Shown here: piece after piece, positions 36,116-49,735 of the stretch
Layout of the letters: every line of letters begins with the position of its first letter
Position numbering within the stretch: the first letter of the stretch is position 1
The notes under the pieces: generated by a model
The model's database searches: none
Seen by the model: only the letters and a program-made list of their open reading frames with translations
Told to the model about the DNA's origin: nothing
NCBI RefSeq assembly: GCF_016433145.1
Contig: NC_058132.1
Span: forward strand, 511,654,195 to 511,718,194
Direction of reading: 5' to 3'
DNA from: Gracilinanus agilis
Lineage: Eukaryota
DNA length: 64,000 nt
Translations under genes and position numbers: made by a program

Positions 36116-37758
36116 TATTTTCTTGATTGCCTTTGGGAAGAGGGCAATGATAAGATCATAGATTCCTTTTGATTCTTTTTGTCTCTGTCTTCCCTTTAGA
36201 TATCTCTCTTATCAGTCTTCAAAACTGTGTGACTTCTAGCACAAAACTTCTTTATAGAGATTTGACCTAATCAAGTGACCTTTCCCATGTTTGCTTTCTT
36301 CAGTAACATTATAATTTCCTCTATAATGAGTATACTTAAGACTGAAATGCTAGAGAAAAAATTTTTCCATTTTCCTTGATGGTGAAAAAATTTTGCTATA
36401 AAAAAATCTTTGTAGATCTTTCCCATCTTTCATCTTCCTCTTGCCAAAATTCCAGTTTCATCCTTAAATGTCTTCGGAATGGTATTGCTTAGTTGGGTCT
36501 CTCACTAAGATTTATTAAACTATTTTTTTCTTTTACTATTTCTCACTGTCTTATTAGGTGATCATGCTCACATGCTTCCATTTTCTTATAAAAGTGTTGT
36601 CTTTGTAGAAGAAGACATTAAGAAATGTTTAGAGTCAGTGACATTGCCCATAGTGACAGAAAGACAAGAGATCTAGAAGAAAATACCAGGTGGGTGCTAA
36701 AGTCATTGGAGAAGTTAGGAATAGGTCATGAAGTACAATATACAAAGGAAAAAATAAAGGTGATTTTAAGAAACATCAGAAATATCAAATGTTGTAGATA
36801 AATGGCCTGGGAGTGGACCTAGAGAACTAATTGTTTAAGCCAGGGTAATTAGTCATCAGGGTATCTTTAGGGGATAAACAGTTAATATGTATGGCTATTG
36901 ATTGATTTATTTAGAAAATAGTTTTCAGTTAATGTTAGACTGTCCAGAGAAAAGGTCAGGAAAACTATGAAGATAAATAGGAGTATACCCATGAAAGAGA
37001 GTTTCAAAGAACATATTGGGAGAGCAAAGTACCTTTTCAAATTTTGAAGCTATCAAATATCCCTTGAAAATTTTATTTGAGGTCTTTGTGAAGACAATTG
37101 GAGGTTTAAAATGATCAAAAGTTTGAAAGATCATGAATTTTTGTTCTTTACTTGGATGTTTTGGCTTAGTTTATACTTTTCCTTTCTGATTTCCTTAGAC
37201 AATAAATCCCTAGTCTATCACTGGGCAAAACACTTGGAGGAATAGGTAAAGCAAAGAAATGTCTAACACATTTCAATTAGTTAGAGGAACATAAGTGTGA
37301 ATTCCACCTCTGTGACTTATCTGTTTGATCTTGGGGAAAGTCATTTAGCCTCTCTGTGTCTCCATTTTCTCAACTTCCAGTGAATATGTTGAACTATGAT
37401 CTTGAAGGTCCTTCCTAGCTTTAAGTCTATGAACCCATGATCCTTCTCTCATATATACATATATTATTATTGTACTTTTACATTCTAGCTTGGATTATAG
37501 TTTTGTGTATGCTTCTCTCTACTAGCATTGTGTAACATGATACTGTTCAAAATCACTGCACTAGGAATTAGAATACCTAGATTTACATTTTAGATATACT
37601 GTTTACTAGCTTTGTGAGCTTGAGCAAGTCATTTATTCTCTTTTGAGTCTCAATTCTCTCATCTGTAAAATGAGAATAATGGTAACTGAACTTATGAAGA
37701 TTAACAAAAATACATTTGATAAAAAAGATGAATAGTATTCATTAAATATTTGTGAAGG

Positions 37759-37990
37759 AGGGCAGTGACTGGGTGCTTCCCCTGGAGTCAGGATGACCTG
37801 AATTCAAATCTGGCCTCAGACACTTACTAGCTTTGTGACCCTGGGCAATTCACTTAACCCTGTTTGCTTCAGTTTCCTCATCTGCAAAATGAATTGGAGA
37901 AGGAAATTGGCAAACACTCTAGTATCTCTGCCAAGAAAACACCAAATGGGGTCACAAAGAGTTGGACAGAACTGAAATGACTGAACAACA
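37759..37990 (+). mobile_element. Mar1-type SINE
   Basis: Same head, core and tail motifs as 25369-25607. Confidence 0.85.
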
Positions 37991-38901
37991 ATATCTTCTG
38001 TACATGAACACAGACTAGCAGCCAGGATTAGATGAAAGGAAGGATTAAAATTTTGATAGAAGACCTGGTCACTGTATCCATTGAGCATATAGCCTAGTAG
38101 ATAATGAAAATGAACTGCATTGCAACCACTCTTTAATACAGAAATGTCACTGATGATCATTACTATTACGCATAAACTATTGAAGGCAGGGGCCATATCT
38201 TACTCATCATTGCCTCTTAGACCTTCATTGTATGTAGATGAATGAAATGTTATGGGCATAGTTGATGCTTGTTAAATAGTTTAATGCTTGCTTAAAGAAC
38301 TCTATGTTCATTTTTTATTTTTTGGTGACCGATGCGATATGTGTGTCAAATAATTTGTAGTAAGCAAGGCAAGCCAGATTTTTACTTGATATTCTACTGT
38401 GTTCATAGAAATTCTGTATAATGTTGTAGAATAAAATTAGCATTACAGAGTACTTCCTAAGAAATCAAGCCAGATAATCCATCTTCACCCACAGAAAGCA
38501 CATGACTATTATTGATGCTCAGTTTCTAACTGGCAATGCCCATTTAATGAGTTTCCCATGTCATGGAAACAAACAAGATTAGATAATTTCTAAATTTCCA
38601 AGGGCTTATGTTAACTCTGAATTGAATCAATTGACAAAGAAGGGTTGGCCATTTTGCCTCCTCTCTGTGTAATGTATTTATGTAAAGTAATTATGGTAAA
38701 AGGTATTGAATGCTCTATATCAAATCAAATGGTTCTGAGATAGGATTCTGATATCAAGCCAAATTTCGAGATCATTGCCTGCCTGGATTTGGTTTGTGTT
38801 CCCTAATCAAAGGATATTTCTTGCCAGAAGAGAAGAAAGGTTAAAATGTTCTCCTACTGAGCCACTCTCTGCTTAGCACTCCCTGGGCGACACAGTGTTC
38901 T

Positions 38902-39036
38902 NNNNNNNNNNNNNNNNNNNNNNNNNNNNNNNNNNNNNNNNNNNNNNNNNNNNNNNNNNNNNNNNNNNNNNNNNNNNNNNNNNNNNNNNNNNNNNNNNNN
39001 NNNNNNNNNNNNNNNNNNNNNNNNNNNNNNNNNNNN
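38902..39036. other. Assembly gap, 135 N
   Basis: Direct reading. Confidence 1.
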
Positions 39037-41016
39037 ATTTTAAAAGATTAAGCAAAAGTGTCATTGATGACTTCCAAAGCTTCAATTACTGTAACAGTTT
39101 TCAGTATTTTTTTTTTAATACAAAGGTGTAGGATGTGGAAGTACAGGCATTCCAAATGCTGCAATGGATGTTGAGAAGGCGTGTAGGTGGCATGGAGGCT
39201 GTATTAGCTCATACTTAGTAGGTGTCAAGGGAATCTGTGAAGCAGTTCTTTAGTTTTTTCCCCCCAAAGATAATTTGTGGGAGAGCTGTGTGTTTCTGGC
39301 AGTACTTTCAAAATAGCTTCTCACAAAAGAAAAATAAACTTAAGTTATATGATACTTTAACCAATGATACACAGATTCATCAATTAATGAAATAGATGAA
39401 AAGTTGATATTGTAAAATATGCCTTCTTCCATATTGATTTCTCTAGGAAGGTTATTACTCCAAAGTTACAGTTATTCCCTTAAAATATATGCTTGGACTT
39501 TTAAAAAAATCACCAGACTTTTCTATGTTCTCCAAAAGCATATGGATTATTTGTATCCTATAAATAAAATATTTGTTCCTTCATTTATTGACATTAACTA
39601 ATAATAATGGATCATTATTTCCCATGCTGATAAATTAAGTGAGATTTTAGTCACATGACTCTCCCTTTAAAAAGAAATGACATCCCAATTAAATGACACA
39701 AAGCTTTTCAGTTGCTCATAAGGGATAGAGAAAGAGTTCTCTCTGAAAGGAAAATGCCTAAAATTTATTTTTTAGTTTAATTTTTAGTTACTTTTAGAAA
39801 TCATAGTAAGGCATCTGTAGGGAAATGTGCCATCATGATATCATGAGAGACTAATGGAATTTATCATCTGTATACAGGAGAATACCATCTTACTTAGCAT
39901 TTTAGAGTGAAAAGGATCTTGGATATTATCTATTTCAAATCCTTCCCCTTCTCTAATATTATAGATGGTAAACTAGCTTAATGTTTAAAAAAATTTAGTC
40001 AAAGATCACACAGCTATTTCTGGATGCCTGACTTTTAATCCAATATTCCTCATATTCTTTCCTTGATTTCTTAGCACAGTACATTGTATACAGTGGGCAT
40101 TTAAAATATAATTGTTTAGTGATGACTGTCAGATAATTACAGATTAGACAGTGGAGCTATGCAGGGGAGTATTTATATGTGTTTGTGTGTGCAGTTGTCC
40201 ATTACTATATTATTCTAGAAAAGTGGTTTGAGGGGGAAAGGGAAGTAATCTTGGAAATAAATTAGTTAAGACTAATTTAAAAAATATAATTGGTCCATAT
40301 TTTTACTGTGGAAAAGTAAAAAAGAAGAAAATATATTGGAAGAGCTTGAAACGGATAGATGAAGTACTTCAATGGCCTCAAATATGATTTTTTTTGCAAG
40401 TGAGATATTCATTAGCTGAATAAAGATAACTTGAGAATTTGAAATGGACCAATTAGTTCCATAAAAAGAAACAGCAACATGTGAGAGGTGAGGAGATTGA
40501 GAACACAGAACCAAAAATTTAGAATTTGCAGGGTCATCCAATAAAATCTGGAAACAGAAAACAATACTTTCTTTTGGTTTGTTAGAATTATAAATTAGAA
40601 GACATCAGATCCGGCTGTCTTGATAGTTTTTCCTTCATAATGTCATCATTCTTTATTCCTTCTTTTTCCTTCTATTACAGCTAAATTAGTCCAAGTCTCA
40701 TTGTCTTGAAATGCAAAACCCTTTAAACTTGACTTCCTGACTTCTGTCTTTCCCTTCTGATGCATCTCACAAATCCCGTGTAAAATCATTAATCTTCTTA
40801 AAACAGTTTAAATCATGCCTCTTTCATGTTTAGATTTAATTCAGTCAACAGTTAGTTGAAGGAAAATGTAGGCCTTTTTCTTTGCTAAGGTGAGATCTTC
40901 TACTTGCACCCTGACCTATTTCTAATTTCTAGGAACTTGTACTAAACATCATTTTCTATCTTTTGCTCATGTTCAATCTCTAGTTAGTCACTGACTCCTT
41001 TTCTGCAGCCTACAAA

Positions 41017-42180
41017 TGTAATGTCTGGTTAAGGGTAGACTTCGCATTTTGGAAGAGTAGCCCTCTGACAGAAATGGCAAGGTTTTCAAGAGCTATAGAA
41101 AGAGTTCTTTCATACTTTCAAGGAAAAGAAGAAAGAAGTAGAGGGGGGAGAGGAAAAGAAAGGAATGAAGAGAAAATATAAGCATCATATAAGAACAGAC
41201 GAACAAAATAAATGTCTGTGTTGTGTAACATCCATGATCTTAAGTGGGATTAAAGCTGCCTCATAGAATTCCACAGTGCCCCCCAGAACTCCAGGAGAGG
41301 GGGCAGTTGGGGTAGTTAAGAACCTGGGTATAAAAAGCCAAGACATCCAACTTGCAAGGACACTTTGGACACTCCTTTTTGGGTTTAAGGGTTGGGAAGG
41401 AGAGTTAGGTTGCTCTTTTAACAAAGCTCATCTCTGATCTCAGGGAGCACAATGTTACTTGGCTGGTTTACTCCATTGAGATTATACCAGGCTGTGAGCA
41501 CTGCAAAAATTACCTCACTTATAGGATCTCAACTAATCTTTATTTCAAACAGATCTTCAGTCAAAGTTACCTTCACCATCTTAAACTTAGTAACCCACGT
41601 TAGATTAGGAGAAAGCTTAGTTAATGACTGAGATAAAAGTTAAGTTATTCAAAGGAGAAAGTGAAGCCAACAAGTTTATTGGAGATTTTAGATAGCTTAC
41701 CTCCTCCTCATTCCTAAAATCCACCTCCCCTCTCCCTGATTTCCTGGAATTAATAAATCCCTTTCTTAGTTGGATTTGAGAACCTGTGTGAAGTTATACT
41801 AGGCTATACTTACCATCAATATACATTATCTAAGCAAAAACTTCATCTAAGCAAGCACTGGTGCAGCTTTTATCCTGAGAGCAAGTCTGCTGTATTGAAG
41901 ACAACTTGAACATTGACTATCCCAAGGTTTAGGGAATAGTCTTAAACAGTGGGAGTGGCTAAACTCAGTGGGATTATTTCCTATCAATCTACCAATTTAG
42001 CCCTGGATTAGTCAAGCTTGTTCAGCCTCCATTACTTGACCTAAAGGGGATTCAGTTAACTGTTATTTCCTTCTGCTCTAACTGCTTCTAGAGAGGGAAG
42101 GGAAAGAATTCTATTCACTCCTACCCCTCCCCCTTGCTAGGATAGCAGCATCCTCCTTGTTCTGACTCCATTACCAACCA
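41017..42180 (+). mobile_element. LTR-like element(s), boundaries unresolved
   Basis: TATAAA at 41329-41334, AATAAA at 41752-41757, candidate TGTAA starts at 41017 or 41224, LTR-like end ctgactccattacca. Confidence 0.5.
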
Positions 42181-42459
42181 TTGCAAATCTGACCCAATTC
42201 AATGGTTAGCTATATCCAAAAATGAATTTCTTATTCTGCAGATTAGTACATCATATACTCCTAATTCTGTTCCTTTGTCCATACTCTATTCTCTGAGTAT
42301 TCAAATCCTACCTCTTCTTTAAAGTTTCTCTTCATTTACTTTAAGAATTCTAAAAATTCTTATTCACTTATTGTACATTGCCTTGTTACATCCATTTCAC
42401 TGTTGCCTTGAAGTTATTTAACTGATCCTATTTTAATTTCCATATATGCATGTCTTCAT

Positions 42460-43216
42460 TGTAAGAAAATTGAAGGAATTGAAGGGATTAGGATAGTAAG
42501 TAGTTAACTGTGGGAATTGAGTGAATCATACTGACTCCATATTGTAACAATTCTGGAGCTAGCTCAGTTCACTTTCTATTCATTTATGGGCCTAGTTCAA
42601 ATTCTATCTTGTGAAAAAAGATTATTCAAAATTGTGGGAACTGGGGGAAAACATTGCATTGTTTGAACTTTCCCTTGCATAGCTAAGAAACTAGGCCACC
42701 TGTAAGTGCTGTATCTTAACCAAGGACCCTAGCTAAGGACCAAGGTTATGTTTACCAGAAATGCATTCCGATCCCAAGATAGATGTAAGGAGTTTTCTCA
42801 TAATTACATATCTCAATCAACCTATATATCTTATCTGAAAACTGGTTCCATATTGATCAATCAGTTATTGTTTCCATCTTTTATCTGTGTACAGATACTT
42901 GGGGAGAAGTGGAGACACTTTTTCCTCCAAATTCTGGAAATTATACCTGTTCATTCTTCCCTTCCCAACTTGGAAAATCTCTATTATTTCATCCAGTTAG
43001 AAATCAAGTTACTTAATGTTGCATTATTTCCTTTTAATTAGTTGGTCTTATTTGAGTAACTGTTCTTAATGTATAAATGTCTGTCTCCCCCTAAATTAGG
43101 GATTTAGCCCTAAACTTAGGAAGGGGCTTTGTCCCAATTTGTTAGGCAATTGGCCTACATTGCTTAATAAATCAAAGTGCTCAGAAGAGGAAATCTTTGT
43201 TTCCTCAGTCATTTCA
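42460..43216 (+). mobile_element. Solo ERV LTR, 757 bp
   Basis: TGTAAG...TTTCA termini; 4-bp TSD TCAT at 42456-42459 and 43217-43220; TATAAA at 43072-43077; AATAAA at 43166-43171. Confidence 0.72.
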
Positions 43217-43799
43217 TCATTTGTTCATTATAGCTCTTGCTAACTAGTATTTAATCAGATTAAAAGCAGAGACCACTTTCATATTCTTCTCTCTTTTTTG
43301 TTTTTCAAAATGCCTAACATTTATAATTTCATACATTTGAGTGAATATGTAAAAATATTGTTTTAGACATTACTTTGCCTTTATAAAGAATCTCACAAGA
43401 ATGGATTTTAGGGTAATAGTGATTGGTGTGATCTACATTCCATAAAATAAAATTTAACTAGAAACATGTTAATGGGGGGCTTCAAATAGTTTATGAGGAA
43501 AGAAGCCTGCTCTTTATTCCATTATTGATAATGCAGTTCACTTTTTTAAAGACAATGTCCTTATGAAGACTTAAGGTAATTCTTTTATCAATACTTACCA
43601 TTTAAAAGCAGGTCATTCAAAGTTATTTTCCCATTGTGGATGGCCAAATGCAAATTCATATTTGTTCAATATAATTTTGATATAAAAAAATAGGCAAGTT
43701 TGTGAAAAATGTCTACCAGTGTCAATCTGTGCCTGGTTAAATAAAACAGCATTTTATAAATCAGGGTCTAGGTGACAAGCTCATCTTGACTATGTGTAA

Positions 43800-44110
43800 C
43801 TCTTTGGTATATACAGAGCTTTTTCCTGCTAGGTTTGTTTTCTCTCATGCTGATCTGACAATGTCACACTGCTCCTTAAAAACACTTCATTTTCTTTCCT
43901 TTGTGAAGAACAAATGCCTATTGTTATCTAGTCTACAAATACTTTATGCTGCTCGCCACTGTGGCCTTTTAGATTTTATCTGTAGGTGAATTTATTCTTT
44001 ATCTGGCCTCCAGTCCTCTCTTATGATTTTCTCTATTCCTCATATCCATCTTCTTATTTTCAGAATTTAGTATAGTTCTGGGCACACAGTAGGCACTTCA
44101 TTAATGTTTG
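43800..44110 (+). mobile_element. L2 3' fragment
   Basis: gatctgacaatgtcacactgctcc...ctgggcacacagtaggcacttcattaatg (L2 terminus). Confidence 0.6.
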
Positions 44111-45400
44111 CTTTATTTGAGATAGCCCACCTCAACTCTTCTGGAAAAATCTACATCTGATTTTCTTCTTTTTTTAAAAGCAAACATATGAAAACAAGCA
44201 ATTTACCAAAATTCCCTATCTTACATACTGAATTATATTTTTCCCCTTTTCATTCCTTTTTGACTACAAGTTTGTCAAGGTAAGATGATTATTTTCTAAA
44301 CATAACATTGTTTTGTATAAATCTTTGTATCAGGTATTTCAACATCTTGCATTTTTGTAATTTTATATGATTGTGAATATTCTATTTCTTTGACTGAATA
44401 TTCTTTCCCTATAATTCTTGAAAGAGAATTCTACTTTAAGCCAGAAGTTCTGTTTCATGTCAATAATCTAGGCGCTCCTGAAGTGTGAATTCAAAATAGG
44501 AAAGATAATTGCATACACAAATGCCTAGTGTAGTACAACATTCTTTGGTTTTCAAAGAAAGTGGTTTGTATTAAATTAAATATTATAATTATGGGCTCAA
44601 AAATGAAGCCCTCTTATCTAGAACAGTAAGACCTAGTCAAGAGGGAGGGAAATTGACAGAGCACTTAATGCAGCATGCTACTGGATTCCTCACTTTGTGA
44701 CTCTTAGGCCATTATGGATATTATTTCATTGGACTAAGCATATCTATAAGACATAGTTAATTTATGAAAAAGAATATACTCCTCCAAAATGAAGTGGAAG
44801 CTCCATGAATTAAAAATATAGTTGATCTACCATGGGCTCAAGAGCATATTAAAAACTGTCTTTACTGAAGTTGCTTTTAGACATATCCTTAATTTCCTAT
44901 TTCTGATTTTCTGTAACGGGGCAATAATTAAAGCCCACCACAAAGATAGAATGGATGAAGTAAGAACATTAACATTCCTAATTTGAACTTATGAATAATA
45001 TGTTAGGCAGTACTGCTTAATGGATAAAACACCTGTCTTGAGGCAAGAAGCCAAAGTTTCAGTTCTTGCTTCTGAATCAAACTGGATGAGTGGCCCTCAT
45101 TACCCTGGAATCTCTAAAACTGGTAAGTTACAAATTTATTGTTTATATGTGATACACATATATGTATCACATATAAACAATAAATTTGTAACTTACCTTT
45201 GTAACTTACCTATACTTCCTACTCCAAATCCCAAATGAATAACATAGGCTTTTCTATGGCATATATGAGCATGAGTAGCCTGAAATATTTTATTTGATAA
45301 TTTATATTGTCAGTGTATTGAAAGTCAGCTTTCCTTTCAAAATGATATTGCTTAAAATTTTTTCTTTCTGAGCAATTATCTTTTAAAAATATGAGTACTA

Positions 45401-45580
45401 GGGGGCATCTGGGTAGCTGAGTGGAGTGAGAGTCAGGCCTAGAGACGGGAGGTCCTAGGTTCAAACCCGGCCTCAGCCACTTCCCAGCTGTGTGACCCTG
45501 GGCAAGTCACTTGACCCCCATTGCCCACCCTTACCAATCTTCCACCTATGAGACAATACACAGAAGTACAAGGGTTAAAA
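45401..45580 (+). mobile_element. Young SINE1_Mdo-type SINE, full length
   Basis: TSD AAAAATATGAGTACTA at 45385-45400 and 45581-45596; TTTT/AAAA site. Confidence 0.95.
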
Positions 45581-45664
45581 AAAAATATGAGTACTATTTG
45601 GTCATTTGTCTCTAGATTTTTTTTCAATAATCACAAAGTTATTCAATCTCTCTACTTTCCTCAA

Positions 45665-46200
45665 ACTGTCAGTCAGTCAACTTCCATTTACTTTAGACTA
45701 AGTTATCCCCCAGGCCCTGTGCTAAGCCCTAAGGACAGAAAGAAAGCAAAATGTTCATGCCCTTAAGGGATTTACATTTCAATGCAGGAGACAACATGCA
45801 AAAGGAATGCATATATTATATGTGAGTGTGTGAGTGTGTGTACTAGGGAAGTAATTTCAGAGGGAAGGGGATTAACAATAATCAAGACTAACCAAGAACT
45901 CTTACAGAAGGTGTAATCTGAGCTAGTCTTGAAGGAAGCCAATTGAAGTAGCCAGGAAATAGGGGTGAGAAGAGGAAGTGTTCCATTCATGAGGGGACAC
46001 CACCAAAAAGGCACAGAGCTGGGAGAAGCATCACTTGCAAAGAACAGCCAGTTATGCTCCATCATGGAATAAGCAGGAAGATGTAAAGGGTAAGAAGACT
46101 ACAGTGATAGGAAAAGTCCACTGTGTGAAAGGTTTTAAATGCCAAACAGAGGATTTTCTATTTGATCCTGAATGTAATTAAGGGACTACTAGAGTTTGTT
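45665..46200 (-). mobile_element. L2 3' fragment
   Basis: tcagtcagtcaa...ccaggccctgtgctaagc...gcccttaagggatttacatt (reverse L2 end). Confidence 0.65.
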
Positions 46201-47554
46201 GCATGTCTCTATGTGTGTGAGCAAGGGGTGTTTGTTTTTATTATTTCTGATATCTACCTATTCCCTCAGTGCTGATTCTTCCTCATTATCAATTCCATAA
46301 AGGGAAATGACTTTTCCTTTCTCTGCAACTCCATATTTCATTTAATAAAGTAAGAATATTCCAGAATGGTGTTGTAATGCAAAAGTACTCACTAATTTGC
46401 TATTTGGGGTAGCCAAATAAACAACTTATTCCAGTTCCCAATATTCTATCAGAATTATACACTGGAAAGGGTCCTGGATTGGCATTGAGAAACTCTGGTT
46501 TGAGTCTTGCTTCTGGCATCTTCTAGCCATGTTCTTGGGTGGCATCTCTTAATTTAGAGAAGGCTATATTTGGAGTAGAGAAAACCCGGATTCAACTCTT
46601 TCATCTAGCACATACTCACTATGTAATCCTGGGCAAGGTTCTTAGGCCTCTAGCAACTCTGAAAAAATTTAGGTGGAGGGAATCTCCATGCCAGGAGACA
46701 GCGGCATTAGTGAAATGACAAGTCCAATTCCCTAACCCCCAAATTCTCTCCCCCCAAAGGAATAAAACATTCAATAACTCTAATCCTTCCTTTACTTGGC
46801 TGTGAAATGAGGGGAGTACCACAAACATGGCCTTCCTAAGCTAAGTGCTTTGTACTATAAATTGTTTAGTGCTAAATATGTATAAAAATTTGAATTCCTA
46901 TTTATTTCACATGGAATTCTGTTTTCTGGCAGTAGAGCAGTTCTTTGGTGGGGCAAGAATCATTTAATTTTTGCCTTTGTATCCCCAGCAAATAAGATTA
47001 CCTGGTACATAGGTGCTTAATTAGTATTTCTTGAATTAACAACATTACAATGATGGGATCACAATAAGCACACCTAAAAGTTTCATGTGCCTAAATCTAA
47101 TCAAAACTTTTTTTTTTTTTTTTTTTTTTTGCTATTTCAAAAGGTATTTTAGGGTCTTCTGGTGCCTCCCTGATAATATCCAGCATGACAGCTGAGGTCC
47201 TCTAAGATCTGACCTCGACTTAGGTCTCCCGCCTTGTGTCCCAGGGTCATATACTCAGATCAGCGGCTCTGTTCCATCCTGCCACAGACATGGACCTGAC
47301 TCCCTGCCTGGCATGCCACCAAAGTCTGTCTTCCTTTAAAGACCCAGTTTCTTTCTCTTTTTACAAAATTTCTTTTTACATGTTGATACAATTTTTCTGA
47401 TGTTTGGAGATCCATGTTTCGTCCTTCTCTCCCCCCTGCCCCAGACAGCTGAAGATCCAGCTTCAGTACTAGTTCTAAGATGTCTTTCATGTCTACCCTG
47501 GTTCTCAGAAATCATTATCTTCCTCTCAACTCTTGTAACATTTAGCGACTATTT

Positions 47555-47795
47555 AAAGGCAACTAAGTAAACATAATGGATGGAGCACTAAACTCAGAGT
47601 CAGGAAGACCTACCCTAGGCACTTACTAGTGATGTGATGCTGGGCAAGCTTCTCAACCTCTTTCAGCCTCAGTTTCCTCATCTGTACGATGGGGATAATC
47701 ATAGAACCTACCTTCTAGGGTTACTATGAGGATAAAATGAAATAATATTTGTAAAGTGCCTTCAAGTCTTAAAGTTTTATAAATTCTAGCTATTA
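47555..47795 (+). mobile_element. MIR-type SINE
   Basis: gagtcaggaagacc...ctgggcaagc...cctcagtttcctcatctgta...gaggataaaatga. Confidence 0.85.
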
Positions 47796-48689
47796 ACATG
47801 TTGCCTTTAATATGTTATACCAGTAACATGTTACCATATAAATGCTAGCTATTCTTGATGCTGCCTTTATAATACGATTTATCAATGTGTATGTTACATT
47901 TCCCCAGAAGTATTCAAGGGCTCTTAAGGGCGGGAGCCATGTCACTCTTCATTTTGTCTCTAGTATACAGGAAAGAGGTTTGCATGTAGCACACTCAATA
48001 AACTTTTGTAGATAATGATCATTGACTGACCAAAGAAAGTTTTGGAGGGTTATTCAGGGTCTGTTAAGTCTAAATTTCTCATTTTATAGGTGAAGAAAAA
48101 AAGACTCAGTGAGCCAAGTGCTTAAAAGTCATGTAACTAACAGACAGCGTAACTGGGTTTTGAACGCAATGGTGTCATGTTCTTTCTCCTCCACAGGGCT
48201 GACTCACGAGCACCAGTTAGCCTTGCCATGCTTCATGTGGAACGGGGAGGGCAATGTGTGGAACCTGATTTGAGTCTAGACTAGGTGTTGCAAGTTCCTT
48301 TTAAAAATCAATTCTAAATACTCTTGTTTATGTACTATCTGTCCCATTTTCATAAAAGTGGCGTGAGGAAAAATTCTTAATCATTTAACTGTTCTGGAAT
48401 TTTTGATGATACATTAATTGGAGTTTACTGCACTCTGCATCTGGTGGACACTCATTAAACTGTTCTTGTTGACCCAGTTACATCCCATCATTTGGAATTC
48501 TGACAAGGCTATAATGTTACTGATAGAAGTGGGACGTGGAAGGAAGCTGACAGGCTTTATGACTGAAACATCATATCTGACTTTTCTGGTTGACCAAAAG
48601 TTGTTAGTTAGTTGTACAAAAAGAAGCAAAGGGAATTGTTTCTTTTAGGAGTTTTCACATGTGTGACTTTCATATACTGAAGCCTCAGT

Positions 48690-49289
48690 AAAAGAACTAT
48701 TGAATTAATAAATAAGACTGGAAGCTGGAATTTTGAAAAAACAGATAAAATAGACAAAGTACTGGTCAATCTAATAAAAAAAAAAAAAGGAAAGAAGAAA
48801 ACCAAATTGACAGTATCAAAGATGAAAACAGAGACCTAACCTCTAATGAAGGGGAAATTAAGGCAATCATTAAAAACTATTTTGCCCAATTATATGACAA
48901 TAAATATAGCAATGTAGGTGATATGGATGAATATTTACAAAAATACAAATTGCCTAAATTAACAGCAGAAGAAATAGAATACCTAAATAATCCCATATCA
49001 GAAAAAGAAATTGAACAAGCCATCAAAGAACTCCCTAAGAAAAAAATTGCCAGGGCCTGATGGATTCACAAGTGAATTTTATCAGACATTCAAAGACCAA
49101 CTAATCCCAATACTATACAAATTATTTGATATAATAAGCAAAGAAGGAGTCCTACCAAATTCCTTTTATGACACAAATATGGTACCGATTCCAAAGCCAG
49201 GTAGATCAAAAACAGAGAAAAAAACTACAAACCAATCTCCCTAATGAACATAGATGCAAAAATTTTAAATAGAATATTAACAAAGAGAT
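48690..49289 (+). mobile_element. Young L1 ORF2 internal fragment (tower region to RT N-terminus)
   Basis: Translates ...[15 protein letters not shown]...[35 protein letters not shown]...[18 protein letters not shown]; disrupted only by frameshifts in A-runs. Confidence 0.95.
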
Positions 49290-49735
49290 TCCTGAATTTT
49301 CAAGGAAGACTAAAGTTATATATGTGTTTTTTTTCTCTCCAAATAAAACCACTGGTTAGAATGCACATTGCATTTCCAGACATGCCTAGATTCTTAATGT
49401 TTAAATATTTCCAACATCAGCAGCTGCAGAGAAAGAGAAGAGAATACATGAGAGCCAATGGTTTTTATAGTCTATTTTCTAGTTTGTACCTTCCACTGAT
49501 TTATGAAGAAAGGTTGAAGTGTTACTTACAGTGATAAAACAAAGACCATAAACTATTAATTTATTACACTAATAAGAACTAACAGCCCTAAAACAATTGT
49601 CTTATCTTGAAAGTGGTAAGAAAGAACTTAAAAAACTTTTAATATTATTTTCATTCTCCTTTTCACTCTTTTCTATACTACTCCAAGACCTTTGCAATAA
49701 CAAATCTTTTTTTTTTTTTAAATTCTTTTTTTTTT

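Noticed and set aside
38902-39036. Exon hidden in the assembly gap
   Set aside because: Exons 58367 and 27032 already join in frame into a continuous myosin motif (GWQ|TGVRKVFLK).
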